In this document: piece after piece, positions 35,201 through 44,140 of the stretch
Layout of the letters: every line of letters starts with the position of its first letter
Numbering within the stretch: position 1 is the first letter of the stretch
IMG/VR virus record: IMGVR_UViG_3300033475_000047
Coordinates: 1 to 46,272 of that record
Direction: 5' to 3' (one strand)
Origin: a virus
Lineage: Duplodnaviria; Caudoviricetes
DNA length: 46,272 bases
Notes under the pieces: model-generated
Seen by the model: the letters and a program-made list of their open reading frames with translations, nothing else
The model's database searches: none
What the model was told of the DNA's origin: nothing
Translations under genes and position numbers: made by a program

Positions 35201-36108
35201 TCGCCATTACCGACGCCAATGGTCGGGTGAGCAGTACCGAGAGTGCCATTCTCGATCTGGCAATGCCATTCGACCTCGGTGATCGTGCTGCCATTATGAT
35301 AGACGAAGGCCCAAAAGACGGCGATTGCTGATCGGTGGTTGGTACCACCATTGGCAAATGGCATCGTGGCTTTGAAACAGTCCACATAGGGACTGCCGCA
35401 GAACTTGCCCCAATAGGTCGGAACCAGAACATAGTTCGCTACGTTGGTGGCACCGCTAAACGCCGTGAACGCAGACGCAGACCAAACTGTACCCCCAAGA
35501 TCGGTGAACGATCCCGTCATGTTATTGGACGAGTTACTCAGATAGGTATTGAACACCGATACGGCGATTCCAGTCTGATCCTCACTTCCAGCCACGGTTG
35601 CAACATCAAAGACCAAGGTAGTATTGTTGCCCTGGTCAAGACCCGTTGAAGTCTGACTGGCATTTCCCGGCAGCGAGGACACGAGATGAGCAAACATCGC
35701 ATGCTTCAACCGACCGCTAGGCCAATACTGCAGTGGCACAACCGCCTGAGTGGCTACCGGCGTCCCGCTTCCCTGCGGATAGATGCGCGGAATCCTACCA
35801 ACCGGAACGCCCGTTACATCATCGTCGGGAAACGGATGGCCAAAGCGGCAAATTTCATTTGTAAGTGCTGCGGCTGGTCCATTAATCGTCGTGGTGTTGA
35901 GCTGTCCGATTTGAGTGATGATTCCGCCTGGAGGTGGTGCTGCATTGGATTGTCCGCCAGCAAAGAAGAACGCCGCGGCCTTGTCTGGAACGCCGGCAAC
36001 CAGAAGGCTGATACCGATTCCAAGGCAAATGGCGCGGCGCGTCAGATTGGCCTGGAGCGTACCGCGCTTCCGGCTAAAACGTTCTTTAAGGCGTTGTGCG
36101 TATGTCAT
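32197..36108 (-). CDS. Large virion-associated adhesin/depolymerase candidate with PcRGLX/YetA-like elements
   Basis: FGHPF...Q.....WPSGRLKHA N-terminal motif; G/T/S-rich middle; DTAH...SYVLTC and QQRVTAW helical region; start at 36108 inferred. Confidence 0.55.
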   Translation of the reverse strand: MTYAQRLKERFSRKRGTLQANLTRRAICLGIGISLLVAGVPDKAAAFFFAGGQSNAAPPPGGIITQIGQLNTTTINGPAAALTNEICRFGHPFPDDDVTGVPVGRIPRIYPQGSGTPVATQAVVPLQYWPSGRLKHAMFAHLVSSLPGNASQTSTGLDQGNNTTLVFDVATVAGSEDQTGIAVSVFNTYLSNSSNNMTGSFTDLGGTVWSASAFTAFSGATNVANYVLVPTYWGKFCGSPYVDCFKATMPFANGGTNHRSAIAVFWAFVYHNGSTITEVEWHCQIENGTLGTAHPTIGVGNGDIIYRSADWSIGGVARWFRTMETPNATLEVGLGSLAPTISGLTPSARWTSCSPVAWISSGAFTFDQTHLSRPICVGTTGQVMYTVGRATQSQINVTAGGTGFTTPPTINSGGSAVFRAIIDLASGAVVKIICTKFGTVGTPTFSGGGGTGLTMSVAANQSAVQFNAPQDAGAICTGQTGTGGSLSLNGKNCANDGSGTKGYPRASGVPRVFMWSPNNNTGCSITINGTRTNGSTTPGTYTGPAAGAFTDCEDWDVITSITRTGTSDTLCVGIGGVPSGSFGWAGYENQTNNPPSSPARGVTYGTYTSGNWNIMGGVIPRGAAPVEIIWQNQTPRHYTSYKNQYLLDSKVLLNYDLPQFAGSAGLTSAISSTTTTINTYGKSSNATLYPDSADYNKPAYLGEGSSGLNEWNYALQESKSGGNSGLGMDSVFDLYWLGGGGYAAWRGVMTACNRIFNIRTYIRDDNTGFAAAMSAYPKLGSGSWNTNPATTGAPCFWFDPGQASGPGFGATFAWVQLDTAHCNTSSRLSYVLTCNPEILDAMQLEATTRWMMISNGGDGYNRSAAGSTGGTNAPYQQRVTAWSGLKSMGMPVMHRPDDSVTSIFAALSVHKTMLDNYFHNGSVSNAGLTDLYVTGPDYNGVMPASKGNAHMWANALTGGAGSATGYQTGFNLLAMGNLYENQVLSSYGLQFMTWVADLPMQYFNASSDICSPYIATVQWVLGSDVFRFASGKQLTSLADLNDTLIYCFPGTSIAGSPTALNPEPPATLTPTATTGSSVTFNLNANTLYTHAIGAYISGQVFNVSSNQTATPWNMTITGHPYNDGDQIYFGAGSGGGRPSQPLSYGRTIYYVKKVDANNIQVFTDAGLTNQVQFTTSGSMVVAAGLAQITSVGAGVATQAYNSIVCNIISPFLNTTPITSGNWTMSMPPAGPNNSGHAFAFPQGFTSNDQQLELKASLAIASLVPGNYAAAKTAWDAYAAQCANDNCVTSNFTFFANHVVKYRS

Positions 36109-36109
36109 G

Positions 36110-38845
36110 TTAACCCTGAACCCAAGCGGTGCCGTTGTACCAAACTTTGCAAACTGTAGAGCCACCGCCCGTCGGTGCGGTGTTATATGAGCAGGCGGCA
36201 TTTGCATCCGTCACGTACGCTAGAGAGCCCGTTGCCGGCGAGGCGGGAAGCGTCGAAACGGTAAAGCCCTTAAGGGTCAAGACGCCCGACTGGATCGACA
36301 TGCCGTTACTGTCAATGCGGATTTTTTCCGTACCGCCAGCGATACCGGAAATGTTGCCGGCTGCCTGCGCGCCCCATCCGGTGTTGGTGCTGGTCTTGTT
36401 CACCAGAAACACCGGCACGGTGCCGCTCGGATTGCTGTTGGTCAGACCAAAGCCGGTGCCGCTGTTGCCGTCGAGAACCGTGGCACTGTTATTGATGTTG
36501 AGGACGGACGACCCATTGATGTAGAACTGCGTACCATTCGCCGAGTCGATGCGAATGTTGCGCTGCGTGCCCGATCCTGTACGTGCGGTTTTGATGGTGA
36601 AAAAGTTGGTGTTATCCCAGCCGATAAAGCCATACGTCGTGTTGGTCTGACCGGGGCTGCTCGCCTGATAGAAAGTCATGTCCGTGGTCGAGTCCAGGTG
36701 CGCGATACCGCCGGCCGCAATCGTCATTGCAGTCTTGGCCGTGATGGTTTCGTTCGTGCCCGTGACTGGAACGCCCGCGATGTAGAGCGTCGTCGCATGC
36801 GTGGTCGTCACGCTGGTGTTGGTGGCGGCCAACGTCGGCGCTTCAATGGAATGCGCCGCCGCCAGGGCCAGGGTACCAGAGCCCGCCGTGGCGTTATCCG
36901 TAATCGTGAAGGCCGCCAAATCCAGGCCCAGACCCACCGCCGACGGGGTTCCGCTGACGTTGCCGGTGAAGGTCGCCGTATAGGTGCTGCCACCGCCACC
37001 GCCACCGCACGCACCCCAGGTCATCGCCGAGGCACCGCCACCCCCTGACTTCAGGCAGTCGCCAGCAGTGCCGGCCGTGGTCGGAAGATTCCAGTTGAAC
37101 GTTCCGGCCGCAGCCTGCGCCGCAATCGTGATCGTGCCCGAAGTTGCGCCGCTGATGGCAATGCTACCCTGATTGGCACCGGCCACACCCAGAGTAAGCG
37201 CTCCGTTGTTCAATGTACCGTTCGCCGTGGCGTTGCAGCCCGTGCCGGCGGCGTCCACCACCAGGACCCGGTATTGCGTGCTGGACACCGAGCAACCCGA
37301 GCCACCACCCGGAGGTGCCGCCCAGGTACCATCAGCTCGCAGGAAGTTGGTGGTACCGCCGCCCGAGGACGGAGCAAGACCCTTCAAGCTGGAGGTAAAC
37401 GTATCCAGAAGCGCAGTCGCCTGCGTGCCCGTCATAGCGTTGCCGTAGCTGGTGCCGCCGCTGTTGTTGCCGAAGAAGCGGTTATTGGCAAGCAGGGGGA
37501 GGCTGACGCTGGCCTGGTAGTTGGTACCATCCGAGAAGATGGAGGCCCATTGCCCAGGAGAGAGCGTCAGAGCCGCGAGGCCGCTGACGTTAGAGGTCGT
37601 AGGTGTCAGCGTCGCGGAGCCAGCGCTGCTGGCCATGACGCCATAGTTGACCCCATAGCCGGCACCGAACGATCCGGTTGCCTGCGCGATGGTATCGGTG
37701 ATGGCACCGGCATTGGTGCGCGTAACCAGCTTGCCGCCGTCGCCGGAGAGTAGCGCATAGCTGGCACCAGTCTGCGCGTTCAATGCCTGCGTGAGAGAGA
37801 TCGTGCAGGTGGTCGTGCAGGTCGCACCGCTGCTGAAAAGGACACCATTGCCGGCGGTAAGCGTCGTCACCGTGCCGGTTCCGCCGACCGAAATCCACGA
37901 GGGATCGGCGCCAGCGCCATTGGTGCTCAAGACGTTGCCGGCCGTTGCCGGTGCCAGAGCGGACCAGCCGGATGCCCCGCGATACAGGACCGTACCCCGC
38001 GTGCTGCTGAGCGAGTCCAGGCACGCGCTGGCGGTTAGCGATCCACCCAGAGAGGTAGATACTCCGCAGAGCGTCATGGCACTATTGGTCAGCGAACCAT
38101 TGCCGATCGCCGAGAGCGTATTGGATGCGCCGCTGATCGTCTTGTTCGTGAGGGTCTGCGAGCCCGTCAGGGTCGCCAGGGCGCTGGACGCAATACCCGT
38201 ATCCTGAATGAGCGTACCACTGGTACCGCTGAACGAAGTCACATTGCCGCTGACGGACGATCCCGGGCCGGTAACGTTGCCGGAGCCGGCCGGCGTCGCC
38301 CAGGTATTGTCACCGCGCAAGAAGGTGCTGGAGCTCGGCGCCCCAGTCGCGCCAGAGATGGCCGTGACACAGGCGATTGCCGCCACCGTGCAGTTGGTGC
38401 CGCCCTTGTTTACCGGCACCGCGCCGGAAAGGTTCGCCGCCGTCAGGCTGGTGAGGAGCGAGCCATTCAGTGCGGGCAGAGTAGCCGGGAGAGCCGGCGC
38501 CGCATCCGAGCGCATGTAGGTCGTGGCCACGCCATTGACGGCAGTCGCTCCAATCGTGGCCGTGGGATTGGCCGGCGTTCCACCGCCGCCGCTGCCGCAC
38601 GTTCCCCAGGTCGCGTCGTCCTTGAGGCAATTGCCCGACGATGTTCCGGGGAACGGCACCAGGCCGTTGGTCGTCAGCGAGAAGACTGGAACGGGCCAGT
38701 CCTGCTTGGCCGCGAAATACGCGTTCCACTGCGCCGCAGTTGGAACCTGGCCATATACCAGGCCGGGCGACGTCTGAGAGCACGCTATGGAAGTCGACGC
38801 CACGACCGCCAGAGAAATCAAACCGATGAGAGAGATTTTTTTCAT
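36110..38845 (-). CDS. Tail fibre-like protein with N-terminal signal-like peptide
   Basis: Repeats CLKDDATW, FLRGDNTW, FLRADGTW with Gly linkers; C-terminal TVSTLP...AYVTDA...WYNGTAW; GAAGGA RBS. Confidence 0.7.
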   Translation of the reverse strand: MKKISLIGLISLAVVASTSIACSQTSPGLVYGQVPTAAQWNAYFAAKQDWPVPVFSLTTNGLVPFPGTSSGNCLKDDATWGTCGSGGGGTPANPTATIGATAVNGVATTYMRSDAAPALPATLPALNGSLLTSLTAANLSGAVPVNKGGTNCTVAAIACVTAISGATGAPSSSTFLRGDNTWATPAGSGNVTGPGSSVSGNVTSFSGTSGTLIQDTGIASSALATLTGSQTLTNKTISGASNTLSAIGNGSLTNSAMTLCGVSTSLGGSLTASACLDSLSSTRGTVLYRGASGWSALAPATAGNVLSTNGAGADPSWISVGGTGTVTTLTAGNGVLFSSGATCTTTCTISLTQALNAQTGASYALLSGDGGKLVTRTNAGAITDTIAQATGSFGAGYGVNYGVMASSAGSATLTPTTSNVSGLAALTLSPGQWASIFSDGTNYQASVSLPLLANNRFFGNNSGGTSYGNAMTGTQATALLDTFTSSLKGLAPSSGGGTTNFLRADGTWAAPPGGGSGCSVSSTQYRVLVVDAAGTGCNATANGTLNNGALTLGVAGANQGSIAISGATSGTITIAAQAAAGTFNWNLPTTAGTAGDCLKSGGGGASAMTWGACGGGGGGSTYTATFTGNVSGTPSAVGLGLDLAAFTITDNATAGSGTLALAAAHSIEAPTLAATNTSVTTTHATTLYIAGVPVTGTNETITAKTAMTIAAGGIAHLDSTTDMTFYQASSPGQTNTTYGFIGWDNTNFFTIKTARTGSGTQRNIRIDSANGTQFYINGSSVLNINNSATVLDGNSGTGFGLTNSNPSGTVPVFLVNKTSTNTGWGAQAAGNISGIAGGTEKIRIDSNGMSIQSGVLTLKGFTVSTLPASPATGSLAYVTDANAACSYNTAPTGGGSTVCKVWYNGTAWVQG

Positions 38846-38866
38846 AGGGTTTAGTCCTTCGAGAGA

Positions 38867-40048
38867 TTAGTTGTAGACGGAGCCGTGGCCAAAGTTGGTG
38901 CCGGCGACGTTGCCGGGGAAGAACGTCGCGCTGCCACCAGAGCCGGTGAAGATGAAGCTGAAATTGTCCAGGGAGTAGCGCGGGCCGGTTGCGCTGCCGA
39001 CCGTGACCAGGCCGCCGGCACCATTGAAGTTTCCTAACTGATTCACAGTGCAGAAAGCGCCTGTAAAGGCCGGCGTTCCGGTGAGGGTGACGGTGATCGG
39101 CGTAGGAGTAAGGAGAATTTTTCCGGAATTGAATATTTGAAAGTGTGCGTTCGCGCCGCCGGAAATCGTATAATTGAAGCCAACTTGGATGGTGCCGCCG
39201 TTGGCATAAATATGCGATCCTTGACCGCCGAGCGACGGACCAAAATCCATTCCCTGGCCACTGTTCAAAACACCGCCGCTAGCAGCGAGCGCCTGGCCAA
39301 TGCTTCCGGTCGTACTAAACCGGAAATATTGAATAGTTACCCCAGTGGTGTTTCCGGAATTTATTGTACCTTGGACAACGACATTCGCTGGCGTCGAAAT
39401 ATTGCCGTTGATTATGAGGTATTTTGAACCTTGCCCGACCAAGTTCGAAATGGTCGCTCCAGCCGGATATGTACCATCGGCGAGCTGGATGGTGACCTGG
39501 AAATTGTTGAGGTCATAGAACCGCGTCAGCGTATCAATGGCGAACTGAATGGTCTGGAATGGGGTGAGCGCCGTCAAACCATTGTTGGTATTGCTGCCCG
39601 CCGGCGAAACGTAGAAAATAGTATCAGCAGAGAGCGTTGCCCTACTGGCGCGCGCCCAGCCGGTGGCCAGTGCGGAGTCCGGGTCCGAGGTGTTGTTGTC
39701 CACCAAAGAGCGCCATAGCAGCCCCGGATAAAAAGTCGACTGCAGAACGCAGTTCTTCGGATAACCACCGATCGCCGTGGCAAACGCCGCATCATAAAAG
39801 ATGGCTCCCCCTGCCGCAAGCCAACGTGCCCAGCCAGTGGTCTGAAACATCAGGCCATTGATATCCTGACCAAATGGCGGAATGCCACCGGCGCCGCGAG
39901 GCTGGAAGTTCAATGGCGGAAAGCCCGTATCTAACGCAGCACGGCCAGGTGTGCCGGTCGTCGCCGGCACCGGGCTCGAGATGTAGGGAACACCCGCGGC
40001 GTAGCCGAAGGGGTTATTGAATTTGCTGGGGATATCGGTAAGTAGCAT
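38867..40048 (-). CDS. Tail fibre protein
   Basis: GFPPLNF....GGIPPFGQDINGL, IGGYPK..VL, SLVDNNT.DP baseplate-attachment motifs; FYVSPAGSNTNNGL...PFQTIQ.A beta-helix-like start. Confidence 0.8.
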   Translation of the reverse strand: MLLTDIPSKFNNPFGYAAGVPYISSPVPATTGTPGRAALDTGFPPLNFQPRGAGGIPPFGQDINGLMFQTTGWARWLAAGGAIFYDAAFATAIGGYPKNCVLQSTFYPGLLWRSLVDNNTSDPDSALATGWARASRATLSADTIFYVSPAGSNTNNGLTALTPFQTIQFAIDTLTRFYDLNNFQVTIQLADGTYPAGATISNLVGQGSKYLIINGNISTPANVVVQGTINSGNTTGVTIQYFRFSTTGSIGQALAASGGVLNSGQGMDFGPSLGGQGSHIYANGGTIQVGFNYTISGGANAHFQIFNSGKILLTPTPITVTLTGTPAFTGAFCTVNQLGNFNGAGGLVTVGSATGPRYSLDNFSFIFTGSGGSATFFPGNVAGTNFGHGSVYN

Positions 40049-40061
40049 TGAGCAATTTCCT

Positions 40062-40874
40062 CTACGGGCTAATTTCGATGACGGCGTTGACGCCAGATGG
40101 TGTCGGCAAGACACCGGAGTTGTTCACGATGGAGAGCTCAACTGGAGTGAGCAGGAACTTGAAGACATACCGCATGTTCATATCTGAAAAATCCTGCCCG
40201 GAATAAAACGGCTCAACGTTAAATCCCTGACTGAAAGGATCACCAGTCTCGGCAAATCCGAAATAGTCACGATCTACTCCGTCACCCTCCAGCACGTACG
40301 CATTTCCGCGACCCGCAAATAAAGTCATGAGCAGCTGGTTGATCGCTGGAATAGACCCATCGCAGATATTGAACGCGGCCTTGGCCAGGAGGAGCTGCCT
40401 ATAAGCGTCGTCGCTCAGCCGATAGTTCGAGGTGACAGGGGGGCCGGAGTAGAAGCCCTCCTGATTAAACCCGACCTCGGTGACATCATTCGGCTCGGCG
40501 AAGCCAAGATAGCTGCCGGAGTCCACTGGGAGCGTTCTTCCGATACCCAGGATGCGACCCCACACGTCGAGGCCATAGCCCACCGCGGTATCGATGCTCC
40601 ACATCTGGCGATAGAAGGCATCTATGTTGGCATTTGGATCGATGTACGCGTTGAAGTTTTCAATTAGCTGCAGCAGACGCTGACTGTTGGCGTACTGGCT
40701 GATGACGGTGGACTGCCAGTTGAACGGCTTGACCGGACCGATAGGGCTGACGCCCGTTGCGAACTCACCGATGGGCGTGGCGGATTCCGCCGGCGGAAAG
40801 AAGTATGACGGCTCAACGCCAATGGCGCTGCTTTCAATAGTAAAAGAGCCGATGGGACCAGGAAGCGGAGCCAT
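40062..40874 (-). CDS. Baseplate wedge protein (DUF2612-like)
   Basis: TVISQYANS, WSIDTAVGYGLDVWGRILG, LSDDAYRQLLLAKA..NI, LPTPSGV. Confidence 0.85.
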   Translation of the reverse strand: MAPLPGPIGSFTIESSAIGVEPSYFFPPAESATPIGEFATGVSPIGPVKPFNWQSTVISQYANSQRLLQLIENFNAYIDPNANIDAFYRQMWSIDTAVGYGLDVWGRILGIGRTLPVDSGSYLGFAEPNDVTEVGFNQEGFYSGPPVTSNYRLSDDAYRQLLLAKAAFNICDGSIPAINQLLMTLFAGRGNAYVLEGDGVDRDYFGFAETGDPFSQGFNVEPFYSGQDFSDMNMRYVFKFLLTPVELSIVNNSGVLPTPSGVNAVIEISP

Positions 40875-42100
40875 TATACTATCGTCACCGCGATATCGGC
40901 CGCTGAAGTTACCGGAGCTTCATCAATATCCAGCGTTACCGAATTTTGATTGGCGGTGCTGCGGCCAATCTGAAGCGTGATGATGCGAACCCAATCACCC
41001 AGCGCGCGCACCGGACAGATATACCGCGAGGCGTAGATGGTGGTTCCGATCTGGGCTCGAGGTCCACCATCCTCACCCGCGAAGGCATTTATGATGGCCG
41101 TCTGAATTTGTTCAACAGCATCGGCCGGAACGTCGGGACCATTTGAAATGGAGACTGCAAACTTTATCGCGACGTCATCTGGGCGTGTAAAGGTCACGTC
41201 ATAGGACGGATACGGCGGAGTATAGAAGGCACTCGTGTCCTCAACCGTCACCGTCGTATCGCCCGTGTAGGAGCAGCCGGGAGATTTTTTGGACCAGATG
41301 GCTTTCGCAACATCTTCATTGGTACCGCCCACCACCGCAACGTAAATGCTGTGAGGTGCGAGCGTAACGCCGCGATAGGTGAATGTGTTGTCGGTATCAT
41401 TCTGATAGCCAAAGACATCCAAGACGCCATCCACGCTCCATACCGCACCGACGATGGCTTGAATGGTACCGCGAGAGTTTTGCGCCACCGAAGCCGTGCG
41501 CCGAGCCTCAAAGGCCTGGCGAGATTCCACATTTTGTCCCAGCGCGCCGTCAGCCGGATTGTTCACCGTATCCCAGCCCGGAACGGCGGTATAAATTCGG
41601 TTGAGTGTTCCCGCGGGGCACGAGATCGGGCCGGCGATCTCACAGGCGAATTGAACGGACACCGCTCCCGATATACCGATGACAGCATTGTCCATGCTGA
41701 AATAGATATTGCCGGACTCATCAACGGCCTTGGAGCCGGCCGGAATAACGGTATTCTCAACGCCCACGCAATCGCACACCACCACCGTCGGCAACGCCGG
41801 ATTGCGCGTCAGATAATAAATGCGCGCGATGGCATCCTGGAAACGCCCGGAGTTAAACGCCGGGTCCATCTGCTGGGTGAGCTTGCAAAATTCCGCCTGC
41901 ATATTGGCGACGATCGCCGCCTCACTGTTGGCAAGCTGTCCCTGCGGGGTGGCCTGGTCGTCATCAAAATTCAAATTGCCACCAAAGGCTCCCTGAATAT
42001 CCTGCTGCAACCCCGTGAGGATGGCATCATCGGTCTGCGGAATAAATCCACGATCGGTGAAGCTGGGAGGTGGAACGTTGGTCGTCAGTGGAAGTGACAT
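40874..42100 (-). CDS. Baseplate J/gp47-family protein
   Basis: TPQGQLA, GRFQDAIARIY, G...ESRQAFEARR, PHSIYVAVVGG. Confidence 0.9.
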   Translation of the reverse strand: MSLPLTTNVPPPSFTDRGFIPQTDDAILTGLQQDIQGAFGGNLNFDDDQATPQGQLANSEAAIVANMQAEFCKLTQQMDPAFNSGRFQDAIARIYYLTRNPALPTVVVCDCVGVENTVIPAGSKAVDESGNIYFSMDNAVIGISGAVSVQFACEIAGPISCPAGTLNRIYTAVPGWDTVNNPADGALGQNVESRQAFEARRTASVAQNSRGTIQAIVGAVWSVDGVLDVFGYQNDTDNTFTYRGVTLAPHSIYVAVVGGTNEDVAKAIWSKKSPGCSYTGDTTVTVEDTSAFYTPPYPSYDVTFTRPDDVAIKFAVSISNGPDVPADAVEQIQTAIINAFAGEDGGPRAQIGTTIYASRYICPVRALGDWVRIITLQIGRSTANQNSVTLDIDEAPVTSAADIAVTIV

Positions 42101-42456
42101 CAGAAGGTCGCCTGACTGGTTTGGCCGGCGGCATTGAGAACCTGAACCTGGCCTCCAATGACGCGATCGGTGAAGGTGGTAATTAAACACTTGGTTTTTA
42201 CAACGCCGGGTACCGTCAGCGCTGCAGCTTCAAATTTGGCTTTCATCAGCGAGAGCGGTGGCGGCGACGTTCCCAGGATTTGCGTCCAGTACGGCGTTCC
42301 CGGGATCACGTTGTACCAGAGCTCACTCTCAAAGAGCTTGATGGCGCTTGCGGCATCCTGCGCCTGCGCATAGGGCTCTCCTGCCCTGGCGATGTTTCCA
42401 TTGATATCCACCACCAGGTCCCAGGTGAGGGTATCGAGAAGCAGCGTATCAGGCAT
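42100..42456 (-). CDS. Baseplate wedge/sheath initiator (gp25/gp46-like)
   Basis: WDLVVD..GNIA...YAQAQD...GTPY...ILG...VPGV; lies between spike and J. Confidence 0.75.
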   Translation of the reverse strand: MPDTLLLDTLTWDLVVDINGNIARAGEPYAQAQDAASAIKLFESELWYNVIPGTPYWTQILGTSPPPLSLMKAKFEAAALTVPGVVKTKCLITTFTDRVIGGQVQVLNAAGQTSQATF

Positions 42457-43211
42457 CAGGTCGCCGTGGTCTTGGTGGACGTAGCGTGTACAACGCCGCC
42501 CGAAACCGGATCGCCGTCAAGAACTACCTTCTTGGCGCCGCCAGCCAGGCCCGTCATATCGCTAGAGCTCAGTTTTCCAGTTATCTCCACATCTCCTGTG
42601 ATTGCGATTTTTGAGGTGTTCATATCGATAAAATGACCAGTCTTATCGGTCAACTTTATTCCAGTGCTCGTCATCTCGATCTTGTTACCATTGACATCGA
42701 CGAGCTCCATGCCCGTGGGATTGCCGTCATCATCCAGCACGAAACGCACGTACTGTTGCGGCGCCTGTTCGGCCAGGATCGTGAACAGATAAATACCGTC
42801 TGCCAGATCACCGCGCCGACGCGAGCCAGGGTTTCCGACCTTCTTGGTCTTCTTCACCACGGAGGTGTCGCGGTCCGAGATTACCGCCACACCCAAATCA
42901 CCTGGCCTCGGATCGCAGATAACGGCGTTGCGACCGCCCTGGACCCGGGCATAAGACAATCCATAAACGGTGCCGTGCTCGGTGCCCTGCATCAAGCCGT
43001 CTACCATGTTGATTATCGGGATCACGTCCACGGTACCCATCGGCGAAACGCCGCCAGCGTTCGTGCACTTAACAACTTTCACGATCGTGCAGGTACGGAA
43101 TATTCCCTGCATCTGCTCTATCAGAAAGCTCATCGCACCGAATTGCGACGTTCCACCGTTGAGGCCGAGTTGACCCGGATAGCCGGCGCCACTCTTTTTA
43201 GGAGAAGCCAT
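42456..43211 (-). CDS. Baseplate spike (Gp138/gpV-like)
   Basis: VDVIP, RVQGG.NAVICDPRPGDLG...DRD.S, PGSRR..DLADGIY. Confidence 0.85.
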   Translation of the reverse strand: MASPKKSGAGYPGQLGLNGGTSQFGAMSFLIEQMQGIFRTCTIVKVVKCTNAGGVSPMGTVDVIPIINMVDGLMQGTEHGTVYGLSYARVQGGRNAVICDPRPGDLGVAVISDRDTSVVKKTKKVGNPGSRRRGDLADGIYLFTILAEQAPQQYVRFVLDDDGNPTGMELVDVNGNKIEMTSTGIKLTDKTGHFIDMNTSKIAITGDVEITGKLSSSDMTGLAGGAKKVVLDGDPVSGGVVHATSTKTTAT

Positions 43212-44140
43212 TATGGCACCTGCGGGCCCAGGCCCAAGGGAGCGGCCTGGAGAAATGAAAACCATGGACCTCGCGGCATCTGCGCCGCCAGCCGATGGTT
43301 GAGATCAAACACCACCCAGGTGGTCTGCTTCTTGTCCTTGCTCACGCCTCGACCTTTTGCCGTTTGATTCAGTGACTTGGCAAGTACATCGCCGAGCGCG
43401 CTCTCCACCACGATCTTCTTGCCAAACCCAATGGAGGGATTGTAGGTCGTGCGCAGAGTAATTCCGTTGGACGAAAACTGGGGATACAGTATCATGCCCG
43501 TATCCTTCGAGACGAGCGGTGCCTGTCCTCCTCGAGATTCTCCGGGGTTCCAGATGGCCAGTGTGCCATCCTCAACCCCGTTCCAAAGACAGCCCGCGGC
43601 CTTTACCACGGCTAGCGCCTGCTGTCGCAGCGCGCCGGAAAAGTAGGATGGCGGCAGGATGGTCGTAACCCCATTATTTTCAAATGGTACGCCCAGCTGG
43701 CCCGCGATCCCGGCCAGAATGTCGCTGGCCTTGGTCGGCTGCGGAAAGCTCTGCGGCGGCGATGGCGCCACCGCGTCGATAAGCATCGTATGTGCTTCTA
43801 CGCGAAAGGCCACGTCCGGCAGCGACGAGAAATCGGGATAGGCGTTGATGATCGTTCCCGTAAAAACAACCGTCATTCCATCCGCATCGCCGGCTTCCAC
43901 CTGGACGGTATTGCGCCGCACGGTCGTTGCCACCAGGCCAAGCGTTGACAATTGGTTCATCATATCCAATGTCATGCCATAAATCTCAAGCATCGCGGTG
44001 CTCATTGCCACGCCGCCGGCGCGACGAATGTCCGCAATCATCCGAAGACCTTCCAGCTTGGACTGGTTCTTGCCGGTATCACCAAAGGTACCCGAACCCA
44101 GAGCGAAGCTCACGTTGAGCTTCTTCTGTTTAAACGCCAC
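43211..44140 (-). CDS. Baseplate hub protein
   Basis: GLR...I, IYGMT...MNQLS, VEAGD, FENNGV, TGM..YP; GTG start. Confidence 0.8.
   Translation of the reverse strand: MAFKQKKLNVSFALGSGTFGDTGKNQSKLEGLRMIADIRRAGGVAMSTAMLEIYGMTLDMMNQLSTLGLVATTVRRNTVQVEAGDADGMTVVFTGTIINAYPDFSSLPDVAFRVEAHTMLIDAVAPSPPQSFPQPTKASDILAGIAGQLGVPFENNGVTTILPPSYFSGALRQQALAVVKAAGCLWNGVEDGTLAIWNPGESRGGQAPLVSKDTGMILYPQFSSNGITLRTTYNPSIGFGKKIVVESALGDVLAKSLNQTAKGRGVSKDKKQTTWVVFDLNHRLAAQMPRGPWFSFLQAAPLGLGPQVP

Noticed and set aside
36110-38845. Internal protein repeats (FLRxDxTW with Gly linkers)
   Set aside because: Common tail-fibre repeat; not novel in itself
38845-38856. TAGGGTTTAGT match to 12076-12086
   Set aside because: It is the reverse complement of the RBS-to-start spacer of the fibre gene and lacks the GTTTAC repeat; probably chance
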